Of a stretch of DNA of 64,000 nt, positions 49,223 through 62,662 are shown piece after piece; positions within the stretch are counted from its first letter, which is position 1; each line of letters begins with the position of its first letter. The DNA is from Felis catus (lineage: Eukaryota), in contig NC_058368.1 of the NCBI RefSeq assembly GCF_018350175.1, positions 52,764,001-52,828,000 on the forward strand. Direction: 5' to 3'. The position numbers and the translations under genes were made by a program. The notes below the pieces were generated by a model. The model was not told the DNA's origin and ran no database searches. It worked only from the letters and a program-made list of their open reading frames with translations.

Positions 49223-49989
49223 GATATCTGATGCCTTTAAACACTTAAGGCTTTTTCACTGAGTTTGGGTACTTCTGTATGTTCTGCCTCTTTCCCCAAA
49301 GGATCGCAGCATCTCCTTTTTGGTAGACACTGCTAGGCGTGTTCACAAATGTTATCTCATTTAGACCTCCCCACCAGCCTGAGAAAGAGGGATCTTCATC
49401 TGTATTTTGGAGATAATGAAGTAGAAATTAAACAAATTAAATAATTTGAAAATTGCCATCCTAGTCAGGGGCAGAGTTGAGACCCGGCTGTGGATCTTCT
49501 GGTTGTTGTATCACAGTTGCCCAGAGGGGGCGCAACTGAGCTGCATTCCTTCTCCTGCACCACGCTGATGGTGCAACTAACTACTCCCATCCCAATCACT
49601 GACGATTGTAGAATTTGTTCATGCATCCTACTGACTGTGCTTCCCTGACAGATCCCCGATTCAGAATGGGCAATAATCATTGCTACACTTCCTTTTCCTG
49701 CCCCACTCTGCTCTGAACATCCTCTTCACCAGCCCTGGAGTCTTATTAATCTCACTTAACCCATTCCCCAGGGGTCTTTATTTTTTATAGTGACTCCTGC
49801 GCCCTTGGCCTTTGGGTTCTCCCTCTATATTTCATCTCCATTTTTTTCTGCTTTCCTCTAGTTTGATGCTACCCATTTCTCAAGGGAGTTAGATTCCCTC
49901 TAACGGAACATTTTTGAGGTCCTATAATGTAAAAAGTGATATAATAGGTTGTATGAAGAATACAAAGATGGAGAGATCAAGACTTTTTG

Positions 49990-50700
49990 TGTGGTGGTTT
50001 TGGTGAATGACAGAAATCTATTCGCATAGACTTAAGCAAAGAAGAAGAAAAAATGTCTTATGTAATTGAAAATCAAGACGTAGAACTTGCTGCAGACCTG
50101 GCTGGGTCCAGGTACTCAGCCAATGTTGTCAGGAATCTGCATCTCTCTCTCTCTTGTTCCTTGCATCTCTTGGTTTTGCTTCCCTGTGGGTTGGCTTTAT
50201 GCTTAGCCAGCTCCTTGGCTCCATGAATTTTCTTTTTAATATTTTTTAATGTTTTATTTAGTTTTGAAAGTCAGAGAGAAACAAAGCATGGGAGGGGAGG
50301 GGAGGGGCAGAGAGTGAGGGAAGCACAGAATCCTCAGGAGGCTCCAGGCTCTGAGCTGTCAGCACACAGCCCAACGTAGGGCTCTACCCCACGAACTGTG
50401 AGATCATGACCTGAGCTGAAGCTGGACACTTAAGCCCACTGAGCCCCAGGTGACCTTCCATGAATTTTCTATCATTGGGAAATCATCCCAGAGAAAAGAG
50501 AACATCTATTTCCCAACATCTCCAGCAAAATACCTTGGATGGATCTTGCTGGCCGGACTTGGTTCTCATCCCCAAACTAGTTATTGTGGCCAGGGATATG
50601 GAACATTCTAATTGATCAATCCTAGCACACACCAGCTCAGGGGAAAGTCTTGCTGAATGGCTTAGATTGAGAAAGGGAGTGGTTCCCCCAACGTGAAGAG
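49990..50700. mobile_element. Old MLT1-type LTR interrupted by a SINE
   Basis: tgaatgacagaaatct...cttaagcaaa...ggctgggtccaggtactca...attgtggccaggga...ttctaattg MLT1-like motifs. Confidence 0.6.
50234..50456 (-). mobile_element. CAN-SINE
   Basis: TSD tccatgaattttct (50220-50233, 50457-50470). Confidence 0.94.
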
Positions 50701-51212
50701 ATACAGATTCACAGAGGAGACCAAATTAGTAGCAAATGCTCATTGAAGAGAATATGACAGTAGTTCATACAAAAACCAAAACAAAACAAAGCAAAACAAA
50801 CAAACAAACAAAAACAACCCTGAAACCTAGACAAAGGCCATGCATAGTAGCAGGAATTGAGAAAATAGTCTGACCTTCAACTTGGGAGGTAAGTATTATG
50901 TTGCCAGTTTTACAGATGTGCAACCTGAAGCTTAAATAAAAATTAATAATTTTCCTATCATCCTATAGCCGATCTAGAACCAAACCAAGTCTATGCGACT
51001 CTAAAGCCCATGTTCTTAACAACTAGGCTACAAGGAAACCTGGAGGAAGGGGAATAGAAGGGGAAACCACCTTACTGGTATGCTCACCACAGCTGCCTAA
51101 ATGAGAAGGGAACAAAGAGGAAATTGTGTGTTAGCTCTGTTATTCAACTGCATCCTCAATAAGACTGAGAGGAGATGGAGAAGAAAGGTGTTCAAAAAGG
51201 CCTTATCCTAAA

Positions 51213-51640
51213 CCAGGTTCCCCAGTCTTGGCCCCATTGACCTGTTAGGCCAGATCATTCTTTTTGTTGTTGTTGTTGTTAATGTTTATGTATTTATTTT
51301 GAAAGAGACAGAGAGAGAGAGAGAGCATACAAAAAGGGGGAGGGGCAGAGAGAGAGGGGGAGAGAGAATCCTAAGCAGGTTCCACACTCAGTGCAAGCCT
51401 GATGCGGGGCTTGATCTCACGATTGTGAGATCATGACCTGAGCCAAAATCAAGAGTTGGAAGCTTAACCAACTGAGCTACCCAGGCACCCCTGGGTTAGA
51501 TAATTCTTTGTTGTTGGGAGGCTGTGCTGTACATTGCAGGATGTTTAGCCCTGGCCTCTGCCCACTAGATTCATGTAGCATTTTCCTCTTATTGTGACAA
51601 CCAAAACAATTTCCAGAATTGCCATTTATTTCCTGGGCAC
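51213..51640. mobile_element. MER20 hAT MITE interrupted by a SINE
   Basis: cttggccccattgacctgttaggccagatcattcttt...tgttgggaggctgtgctgtacattgcaggatgtttagc...gtgacaaccaaaacaatttccaga. Confidence 0.85.
51264..51491 (-). mobile_element. CAN-SINE inside MER20
   Basis: Ends tacccaggcacccc; degenerate TSD ggccagatcattcttt / ggttagataattcttt. Confidence 0.93.
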
Positions 51641-53999
51641 TCACTAACTCCATTGCCTCCTTTATCACCACTTCAGTGGGGGCCTGCCTGGTTACCCTGG
51701 AGCAATCGATCTTCTCCTCTGTCCTAATGGAGCCTCAGCTCCACTGTCAGGCTCCAGTATTTTAGACCTTCTTACTCTCCCCCAGAGGTGATTCCAATAA
51801 CACTCCCCTTCCCTGCACTCCAAACAATGTGGAACATGCTTCTGGAGATTCTGGGATTTCTGGGAAAATTTGGGGGAAAGAAATCCGTGGCTACTGGGAT
51901 CCTGAAATACCTTGTTTCCAAAGAATGACTATATGGAAAGGGAAGACCACATAGATGGTAGGTCAAAGGTAAGGTTAGGTGAGTCATAATTGGTTGTTTC
52001 AATTGATTTTTGTCACTTTTAGATTGCCTACGTTGCATTAAATGCCATAAGGTGAAGAGGGAGAATGCTACTTTCATCATTCACAAGCATCGTGACCGGG
52101 CATAACCCAATCCCCCTCAGCCTTGGTTTATCTACAACATGGAGCTGGTGTTATGCACATGTCTCTGAGGCCATGGTTTTACAGAGCAGCAGTGCTGAGC
52201 TATCACAAATCTGGCTCCACATTATCAAGAAAGGTTAAATACTTAATATATACCATTTCAGATTAAGGGAGAGTTTGGAATTGTCTAAGAAACAGCTTCT
52301 AAAGATGTCCATCAAAAAAAGAAAAAAAAAGAAAAGAAAAAGATTAAAGTAAAACATTTCAATAGGCTTCCAGAAAAATTCATTCCAATAGAATATTTGC
52401 TCACCTATGTCGGTTCTGTGTAGTTCGCTGCCCTTTTCAGATTCTGTAAGATTCTAAACTTGTCAGTTTGGTATTGTCACTTATGTAAGGGAAATTGTTG
52501 TGGAAAAACCATCTCTTCTTTTTGTCATTTGTATTTGGAAGACTGTTTTAACTCTTATTTGGGCCTCTGAATCTCCCAACTGGAGAAAGGAGAGGGCTCT
52601 TAAACTCAGATGTAAAAGAAAGTGACTTTCTCAAATAGAAAAGGGGACAAGAAAAGGGTAAGATATATATACATTTCTTTTTAGGTCTAATTGTGACATA
52701 AATATCACTTTCTTCTAAATTATTCCCCAAGTATCATTCTCTAATAGTTGCCCTGCTAAAATAAAATTTGAACTTTGAAATTATTGCCAACATCAACTAA
52801 TACACTGAGACAGCAGCATGAAATCTGCTCACCAGTTTTTGTCAAGGACCAGAGTAGCTCACGCCGGGTGGACCATGTGGCTACAGCCCTCTAAAGCCCC
52901 CTGGCTATTTCTCAGCTGGGACTGTTACAACTTCACCTCTGTTTATCTAGTGCGCTTTCTTAACTCCTTATAAATAAATGGCCATGTCTTTGCTCTCTCC
53001 CCTTCCTCTTTTTATTCTGGTGAGACTTTGTTTATTTTTCAGTCAGGCTACATTTATTTGGTATCATCAGGAAGCGATTCTGATTGATCAGGGAACTTCG
53101 AAAACACGAAGTGTTGAAACTTCTAACAGTGCACTGTTGATTGAAAATCTTTGCAAAAGGGCAGTTCCATACCTTAGTTATCAGAGAATTGGCCAAATTC
53201 AAATTTTTCTTACAAAGCAATCAGGTGGAAATGTAGAAGAATGTCCCAGATGTTGAATTTTATAGACTCAATTTACTTTCATTTATTATTTCAACACAGA
53301 TTTTCCGAGCGCCTATTATATTCCATATACCCTTTTGTGTCTTTATATTTAATTCCTCCTAATTGCCACAATATTGAAATTACACAAAATGTCTAATATA
53401 TAAGAGGCAAAGAATACACATTTTCCCCCACATTAATTTTTTAAAGATTAGTTTTCAGGAAGCAAGAGAGAAAATTTTAAGAACACAGTAAAAATGTACT
53501 ACAATTTTGTCGTATTAGTATGACATATATTCAAATCATTTTATCTGGTTTTCTCAGTTCTAGCAACTTCCACCTTCCTATGCAGACTCAAACATAGATT
53601 TAAAACAGAGGAAGTAAAAATGTCTCGGAGACTGATAGAATAATTGTAGCAAAGTCCAAGAATATCACTCTAATGAGATGAAACGAGCAATACCCTTCTT
53701 TTTCGGGAATAGACTGTATTTGATCAAATTGAAACATAGTTGAAACTTAGGGCTCATGCTTGGCACTCAAGTTCTGTGGGGAAGGAAACAGCAGAGGCTA
53801 CAGACAATGATAGCAAGGTGAGTGGCTGGTATGACTGCCCTAGAGGTTGAGCAACCGATAGACTGTAGCAAGAATCACCCCAAGTAGAACCCCCAATTCC
53901 AGTGATAAAGTCTTGATGTTAATGAGAACTTTGAGAGATTGCGAAGAACAAATGAAAAAAAAATCTTATAAAATCGAATGAGAAAATAATTGGCCATTG

Positions 54000-54490
54000 A
54001 TCCCTGGGCCTGGCAAGGGTGCTGCATGTTCGAAAGGCTAACTGAAAAGAGCAATCTAACAAGCAGAAAGTAATTCATACGATTAAGAGGACTGTGTGGT
54101 TAAAAGGTGAGGCTAAGAGAGGTAAAGAGGAGCCAGAATAAATGGGTCTGCAAGGAAAATGGGGAGCCATTGAACATGTAAGCAGAGGAATGACATGATA
54201 AGATTTATATCTTGAAAAGATGACAGGCCATGGTGTGAGAGTGGAAAGGAGAAAGTGAACCTAGAAGCAGCAGGAAGAACATTTAAAAATAACAGAACCC
54301 AGGCAAGAAGATCTGATGGCTTGAATGAAGTACTGTCTTTGGGAACGAAAAGAGAAACGGACAGGTTGTAGAATCATCACCGGGAAGGTCAAAGCATTAC
54401 AACTTAGGGGTTGATTGGTTGTCAGGGGAGAATTTGCGAGATGTGTCAAGAACTGTGCCTTGATGTTTCTCTTCAGGCTGGCAGTGAATA
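54000..54490 (-). mobile_element. L2 fragments
   Basis: ggggagccattgaa...agcagaggaatgacatgataagatttatatcttgaaaagat L2 body motif. Confidence 0.65.
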
Positions 54491-57222
54491 TGCAAAAGCA
54501 ATAGGATTTGAAACACGTTAATGCATGCCACACACCGTCACATGTATTTGTTTGTCCTTCTAATCCTACTGCTCCTTGGAAACTGTACCGAAGGCACTTA
54601 CAGTTCCAGCTTCTGTCCCTGAAATTCAGTTGGACGTGCATTAGCTTGGTATATTTGATTTGCAAGGTCTACCACCTATCTGGAACTTTCAAAGCAGACC
54701 TGAAATGTTTATGCATCTGTGGAACATATGGAAATTGACATCTAAGCCTAAATGTAACCGCCATCGAATAGTCTTTCAAGCAGCAGTTGGTCTGTATGGT
54801 GCTATTTTGTATGTTATTGAAAAGTTGGTTTTAGGGACTTAAAATTCCCGAAATTTGGTGTCTTTAGTTGAGAAATAGGTCTCTGGTAGCTAGAACCTAT
54901 ATAACTGAGTTCACGGAGAAATCATTTGATGAAATTAATAAAGAAACTTAATGTTCTCTAGGCAATTGTATGCTGCCAATGTGCTAAATCTTTGTCCGTT
55001 AACTTATTAAATTATTGTTTTATGAATCTTCTGGAGGACTATATCCAAATTGAATGTTTTGCCAATATTAATCCCCTACTGGTGGTTCTAACAAAGAGTC
55101 CTCTTTCAGGGACAGGTCTTTTTCCTTGGGGAAGTAAATAGAGTCAGTGATTTACTGATAAAGCCACCCAGTATATACATCATCTCTGTCCCATATATCA
55201 ATGTCACGGGCAACAGCTTGCTTTACTAAGTGATTCTGCAGTGTCTTCTCAAAGACCGTTTGGTTTAGTAATCAGATCGAAGTGCCAACATGCATACTTT
55301 TTAGCATCGTATGAATGGTTTTCATCTTTAACAGCACAATTAGTTTGGAGACATTTTTGCGGAATGGCTTCCACTGCTGAGATTTTATCCCACCATATTG
55401 GTCTACTTAAAAAAACGTTAGTCCGTGTATCACTTGTGTGCACTTGAGGCTGAATTATTTGCAACCTACTTTGTGTTTAAAACTGAAATGTTATTCTTGC
55501 TACCAATTAGGAGAATTTTCATATTTGCAGCTCTTCCTAACTGACAAGATTTTAATTTGATGTTAATTATCTAAATGGTTGGGGAGACTAAGCTGCCTTT
55601 CTGTTTCATTCTATTAAGTGGCATTCAACATTCCCTCCAAACCCTTGAACATGGATTGTGAAACTAATGAGCGATGGCTTTGTGAAAATTTACATGGGGG
55701 TGAATAGAGAACCGTAAAGGAAAAGGGCCCCTTTGATGATGACTGACAGATAATGACAGAGAGCTTTCCGTCTTGGTTTAAAAAAATAAAAAGGAGGTTT
55801 TACTGAGTGGGTAGTTCAGTTTAACATCTTTGTAGGTTGATCCTAGGAAGGACTTTAGGAAGACAATTGGAAGGACATAGAATTTTTTTTAATAAAACAT
55901 TAAGATGAAGAAAAGTTTTTTTTTTAAAATGATATTTAAAAAACAAGTTATTGATTTTCGTACTGTGTTTGCGATGCTTGCATTTTAGCGAGTTCCATTT
56001 CAAACTGTTTCTCTGTAGAAGCGTGTCAGGCTATGTACATAATCTTTGGTAAGGAATTCTACTTGCAGCATATTTTTCTTCAAAGGCTTTGCATTTCTGC
56101 ATAAAAAGCTTATTAATTATTTGTAGCTGCTTGTCATCGTGTTCTGATAATAGAAGGCTGGTCAAGGATAATAATTACCACTTCACCTTTTTGGATCGTA
56201 TATATCCACTATTCCTAGTGCAATATTACCCAAAGCATCTCTCCTCTCCCTGTACACAGGACCAAAAGTGCAGGCACATCATTTATTGATAAGACAAAAA
56301 GAATGTAATGAAATTATCAATGTTCTTGAATTAATTATGAACATGATTAAGAAAGCTAAAATCTCAGGAGCCAGGATCTCATTACCCATTCAGTCTTAGG
56401 GATTGCTTTCATTCAGCTAGGCAAAAAGGCTTTGAGCAGCCCTACAATTGCCTTTCTCTCATTTATTTGTGCTAGAATTAAGGTTTATTTGTTTTCTGTT
56501 TTCTTCTTCTTCAGATTGTTTCTCTGTCTTTATCCATTTAACAAACTGTTCCCTCCTGTATCTCAGAAGGATGCACCTATAGGGCCTACATCTCTGTCTG
56601 CAGTCTGCATACCTTCTTCTTTGAGTGCATTTCTCTCAACTCATTTGCTGGAGCTCCTAAATATCTCTCAAGGTAAGTCTGAGAATGTAGCCAAAAAGTT
56701 CTTTCAGATTTATGTCTGCAGCTATACAACAGTTCTGTCTGAATCCCATTCAGCTAGGAGTCTTAATGACATCATTATTACGCTGTCTGTACTGGGCTAG
56801 ATTTTACTTGGAGCCTGCACTGTATTATTACTTATCTTCCTTTCTGTGTGAACATGCTGCAAATAATACTTGTTTAAGGTGGGGGAAATGATTCAAAACT
56901 AAGAGGGGAATACATTTTTTATTCAAATCAAATTTCCAAGAGGAATATAAACCATAAGCAAAAAGCAAACCCATTTAAAATCTGTATTTGGTGTTACAGA
57001 CGTCCTAATCACTCTGGAATTCCTACCCTCATCCTTACTATCAAAGCGGAGTTGAGAAGGATGACTGAGAAATAATACTATATTTAGATTTACGTGAAAT
57101 ATTCCAAGTGTTCCCTTTTTAAAGGCCTTCTGAATTTCTGGGGTTGTAATTTCCAATGCAAGGGAATATCGAATTGGTGTCTGATATAAAATGTCTTGAA
57201 ATTGTCCTGATGGCACCTGACT

Positions 57223-57223
<1 letters not shown>

Positions 57224-57253
<30 letters not shown>
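57224..57253. repeat. Poly(T)30 tract
   Basis: Direct read. Confidence 0.97.
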
Positions 57254-57254
<1 letters not shown>

Positions 57255-59234
57255 TAAAACTGACCAAGGGTGATTTGGCAGCAAACTTTGCTGAAATGTG
57301 TTAATAGGTCGTTTATAAACAAGGTCATTGGTAAAGGTAACTTGCTGCCAGCCTGCATTCTAAAGGCACATACATACAGACTGATTGCAAACATCACACA
57401 TTTGCATGGTATTTTGGCTTAAATATATTAATATAGGGCTCCTATTCGTGTGTAAGAGAATTAAGCATTGCAAAGATAAGACAGGGGAGAACTATAGCTT
57501 TAGGCCACTGAATAAATATGGTATATGTGATACTAAATCCATTGATCCTGGTTTTCTTTAAAGCGATGGTTTGATAAGATTGCTAAAACATCCAGGAATC
57601 CGAATGCATAAAATCATTGAAAAGCCAAAGCATGTTGAAGTGATAAGTGATCAAAGTGATTTGATTATAGCACACAAAATATAAAAATGCCCATCCCTAA
57701 ATCTTAGGAACAACCTTGACATTGGAAGGTTTGTTAGAAAATGCGATTAAGTAACACAAAGGAAGAAGGCTACTTGCCTGCTTCTATAAACCTGCAGCCT
57801 CTGGCTCTGATATTTAGATAACTATGTATGTTAGATAAAAAATGTTTGTTTCATATTAACTAAATATCCAAGGTATTAAAAGTATATTGCTAGAGTGTTC
57901 TATGGCTCGTGAACATCGTGTCTTTTCATCTGGGCGTTCAAAGATTTCTGTCCTTGTATGTTTCATGTTGCTTTTTTGAGTTTTATTAATTTGATAAGCA
58001 AATGATTATTGGTACTTACTAAAATCACAGTTTCTAGACATCATTCTGCTTTAGTTCTTATGTTAAGTACATTCATTGAGCTAGGTGATTTAATTTGAAA
58101 GAGTAAAAATGAAAAAAACCCCACGGAATCTTGTTTTCAGACATCAAACAAAAATAGCAGTAAAGATAATTTTCTCACTTTATGAACCCAGAATGCCAGA
58201 AAAATAGCATGTTTCTTATGCACTTCATCTCATTCTGAGAAAATGGAAATATCTCTGAATTTCTTTTGATATTTCTTTCATATCTTATCAAAAAGGGAAA
58301 AATGAATCATAAAAAATCCTGCATGCCATTTCTACATGAAAGGATTGAACAGAAGTCCCATGTGGCTCTCTCAAGGGGAAGCCTATTATTGTGGTTCTCT
58401 ACGTGGTGGTCTGTACTTCAGCAATTGGACACGATCAGGTGAACAAGTTTGGAAGCCGAAATAGACACAAACAGCAGAGGAGAAGGAAGTGCGCGTACCT
58501 AGCAGCAAAGTTGGCAAAGGGCATTTTGCTTTTTAGCTCTCTGGTGTCTAAGTAGAATACATTTTTAAACAATAAAATACCCAGGAAAAATCAATTATTA
58601 GTTGCCGTAGTGGGGCCAGATACAGTTAATTAAGGGAAACTTTAATCTACTTTTAAAAAGTTGCACTAGTGAAAATGTCTAAATGCTGATCTGAGAAAAG
58701 TCGAAAAGCCGGTTTCTGTTTTACAAAGTAACTGCCAGAAGCATTGTGGTCTACATGTTTTCATTAATTTCTACTGCAATAAAATAAAACCCAATTCTGT
58801 GTGTTTTTACTAACTTCAGCAAGTTCAGAGAGTTTGAAAACTAACAATTGAGTGACAGTGGAGAAGTTCGAATATTTAGCTGATTTTTTGAAGGCAGCAT
58901 TACGCGGGGGAGAAAATAGGGATGATGTCCTAAACTGTGCAGAGCTGCGAAGTACCAAATTTTGGTTTTCTGTACGTATCTGACTTTGACACTTTACACT
59001 CCTGATACTGAATGAAAAGGTGAATGTATTCAAATCTAATTGATATGGGAATAAAACATCAACCAAAAGTCAACATAACTAATCTTAAATATTTAATACA
59101 TGACTACTGTTTTTGTTCATTGCTTGAATTAGCTCTGAACCCAGAAAGTGCTAAAATCTCATATGTACGTGGAGTTATATATATTCACAAAGATGTCTGT
59201 TTAAAAGCAGCAAGGTATACTAGAAAAAGCATTA

Positions 59235-59365
59235 GCAGGTGTTAGGAGATTTCAATTCTGTCAATATCTAGGTGTGACCTTGGTAAGTTATTGAATCTCC
59301 CAAAGCCTCCATTTTCTCTCTGTAAAATTAGTGGGGCAAATTGACAATATTTAAGGCCCCCCTCA
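59235..59365 (+). mobile_element. MIR
   Basis: tgtgaccttggtaagttattgaatctcccaaagcctccattttctctctgtaaaatt core. Confidence 0.75.
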
Positions 59366-59394
59366 CACACAAAAATCTATTATTTTACATCTAC

Positions 59395-59443
59395 GTGTGT
59401 GTGTGTGCGTGTGCACATGTGCGCGTGTGTGTGTGTGTGTGTG
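59395..59443. repeat. Alternating purine-pyrimidine (TG/CG/CA) tract
   Basis: Direct read; a similar tract lies at 11305-11364. Confidence 0.9.
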
Positions 59444-62400
59444 TCTCCTCATTTCAGCGTACAAGTAAGCCCCAAATCTATCCTTAGCATTTATTTTTTC
59501 CAGTGTGAGGATATTCAGGAACACTTTTCATTTAGAGCATATGAAAATCTAAGATCGTATGTCCATCTGATGTCCCTGCTAACTGAATTCCTGATACGCA
59601 GGGCTTAATTTGCTCTTAAACATTCTTCCATTTGCATTTATGCTGATCTGTGCCTATAAACAGTGGGACCTGCTTCCCAGCAAATATGTCTTTAACAAAA
59701 TTCCCCAAGAGTAGAAGGGGACTTGTTTTATCTTCACATTCCTCACAGCAAGTTGGTGGGTCTTAGCAAATTGCTAATAGGCTCATTAAGCTCCCGCTAT
59801 GTGTATCTACCAAGCGAACGCAGAATTGATCATTACAACTAAAATTGGATTTCAGTTTTTGGTCGGGAGGCTCAAGTCTGTAATCTTTCAGAGCCGCAAG
59901 ATTTTAAAAAGCTACTTAGTTTCGAGGGCAAAAAGTGGTGCTTTGCAGTTTGTGCCTTCCCTGGGAGTTTGAAGACAGGCAGTGTCCGGAGAGAGTTTGA
60001 GGGTCGCCTGTGGAGGGGGTCAGGTCTGCTCTGAATGGGTTAAGAACTACCTGCTTGAGATTGATTTAAATCAGTAATGGATCATCTCATAAAGCTGCTG
60101 TTACTAGATATTACCCTGCTATCTTGGTCCTCTGATAGCACTGATAAGAAGTGCTTACCGCACAGGAGGTTCCTGGAGGACAGATACTGTTTCCTGTACC
60201 TCAGGGAGTAAAAGCCATACTGCTGGATCAGTGACTTTTCCTAACAGCAAGTAAATTCAGGCCTTATCAAGTTACAGCACAAACTGCACTCATGTTTTAT
60301 TATTCTCATTAGAGATTTAAGGACTAATTCCAGTTCTTAGCGCTTAGCAGTTTAATGTTTTCCATAGATAAGAATTAAGATTCTTCTGGGGGATTTTTTT
60401 ATTTGCTAAAGCTTGCAAAATATAATGCGGTGATGCACTTACTGTGATGTAATGCGGTAGATTTTCTAAATGTCCTGAATGTTTTTAAGGCATACATTTT
60501 AAAAATTTAAATCTAATGACTGAATTTTTCCAAGTTGGACACGTTACCCATTCCACCGAAGCATGCCTGTCTTTGTCTGGGAACACAAACCTGCTGTCTG
60601 TCCTTCTGGAAATATGACAAAAGAGGACCAGACTCAATGCTTCCAGAGCTGGTCTTTAATGGCTGTATATTTTCTCAAAGTAAATTCACTTAAACGAGAC
60701 TAAGTATAGTATCTGATTCACAAGAAAACCTTGAACGAGATCTGTTTTGTAAGTAAACTTGGCTTTAAATTATTTCCTTGGAGTGAAGCTGACTTTCCTT
60801 CTCAAACAGGTGGAGGAGAGCTGTGACTGTCATATTCACTCTACTTCTGTTTTTAAGGAGATTACAAAGTTTGAATTTGAAAGTAAAAATCCAGTCTTAC
60901 TTTCGGCTTGGACACTCTAACATTCAATCGATGTTGCGGTGATTTTTCTGTAATAAGGGTCTGCTGTGGCCCAAAGTTAGTCTCCCTGACATTCTTGAAG
61001 GGAAAAAAAAATCATTTTTGAATAAGGAAGTGTAATCTAGGTTACACTGTGATAGCATTACTACTGCAAGTAAAGCTTAAGAATTAATGTCCTATAGTTT
61101 GGTTTTATTTACTGAAACTTGTCTTCTTGTATGACAACTCTAGTATGCAAAACCCTTACCCCTTGTTCCTCTTTGGTTTGTCTTCGGATTTTTTCCGTAC
61201 ATGTGGTTTGTGGCTGTATGATACTTGCAGGGGTAGCTGGACTTCAAGAGTGTCCATCACGGAGACCAAGGCTGTCAAGTTTTGGGTTTTTTTCAGAAGA
61301 AAATGTGGTACGTACGAATGAAAGTTGTTGTCGTTAACAGGCATTCATTGGCTGACACTTTAATATCCGTTCCTGGAGAAATGCTTTCCTGAGGGGGAGT
61401 AGTTCTAGCAGTAGGACGCCTGGCCGTTCGGGAATCCTGAGTATGTTTACTAGGAAGGATTAATAACAGAATAATAAAAATAACAACTCTCGCTTATTGT
61501 GTGCCAGACACTGTGGTCGAAGTTTAAATGAATCATCTGCTCCATCGACCGTTTTCAATGAAATTCTCCATGTGATAGGTGTACCTTGTTCCTGGTTTAA
61601 GATCGGGGAACCTGTTCTGGTCGATGTGTTGCTTATTCCCGGCTTTGCAGGCTTTGTGCCGGTTTATGCCCCAGATCGCTTTTCCCTTTTAGCCAGTGGT
61701 ACTCTATCTGCCAGAAAAATTTAACATGCTTGTTCCAGTTACATTACTGGGTGCAATCCTCCCTTCTACAGGAAATAAATTTATTATGAAGAACTCCCAG
61801 TAGAAGCCTTGGAAAACTTACACAGAGCTGTGCCGTGTCCAAAATGCTGTTCAGTAGGTTTTCCAAAGCGCCCAGGTAACAGCTGGTGCAGGCCATGTGC
61901 CAGCTCTGACAGCCCATATGCTCTCTTTAGTGCAGTAATTATCTCAACACAAAACTCTGATAGCCTAGTCTACTGGGTCCAGTTTCCCTAGGTTAAATTG
62001 ACTCAGTGGCTTTGTTAGTAAGTTCCTTTGGCACAGTAAGAACTTCATCAAGAGTTTAAGTGTTGGGATAGGCCTCAAAGACCAGTATGACTGCTACGTT
62101 CAAGACAGGTGGCTTATTAACCCTGAGAGATGGTAGGTGGCAGTCCGTTAGGCTGTCGCCCTTCAGCAATGCTCTGGTTAAAGGTCTGTCGTCGTTTCCC
62201 CCACATACTCTGCTTAGGGATGATGGTTAACCCGTCTGTTTGGGTAGCAGGCGAAGAGTTTAATTTTGTGTTTCAGTTCTAAAACGGGCACAAGGATTGC
62301 TCCTGTGTTTCAGCTGCTGTGTTGGGAACAGAAGGGTTGGAGTGAGGAGTTATGGGATAGGAGAAGACGTGAAGAAAAGCGAGATGGATCGAAATGGGTA

Positions 62401-62537
62401 TAGCTTTTCTTAGAGTGTCACAGAGAAGACCTCTCTCTCTTTTTATCTTCCTGTGTCCTCTGAGATGCGAACGGCTCCTCCATGTTTGTGACATTCGAAT
62501 GTTGGAGGCTTGGAATCCATATTTGTAAGTGGTTGCT

Positions 62538-62662
62538 TTCCTCCCTTCTTGCCCTTCCTTCCTTCCCCCTTCCCTTCCTTCCCTCCTTCCTTCCTTCCTT
62601 CCCTCCTTCTATGTCTCCTTCCTTTCTTTCCATTCCTTTCCCCTCTTTCTTCCTTCTTTCTT
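62538..62662. repeat. Degenerate (CCTT)n tract
   Basis: Direct read. Confidence 0.92.

Noticed and set aside
1354..51491. SINE orientation bias (16 minus vs 8 plus) as evidence for host-gene strand
   Set aside because: Small sample, nested copies are not independent, and L1/LTR orientations are mixed
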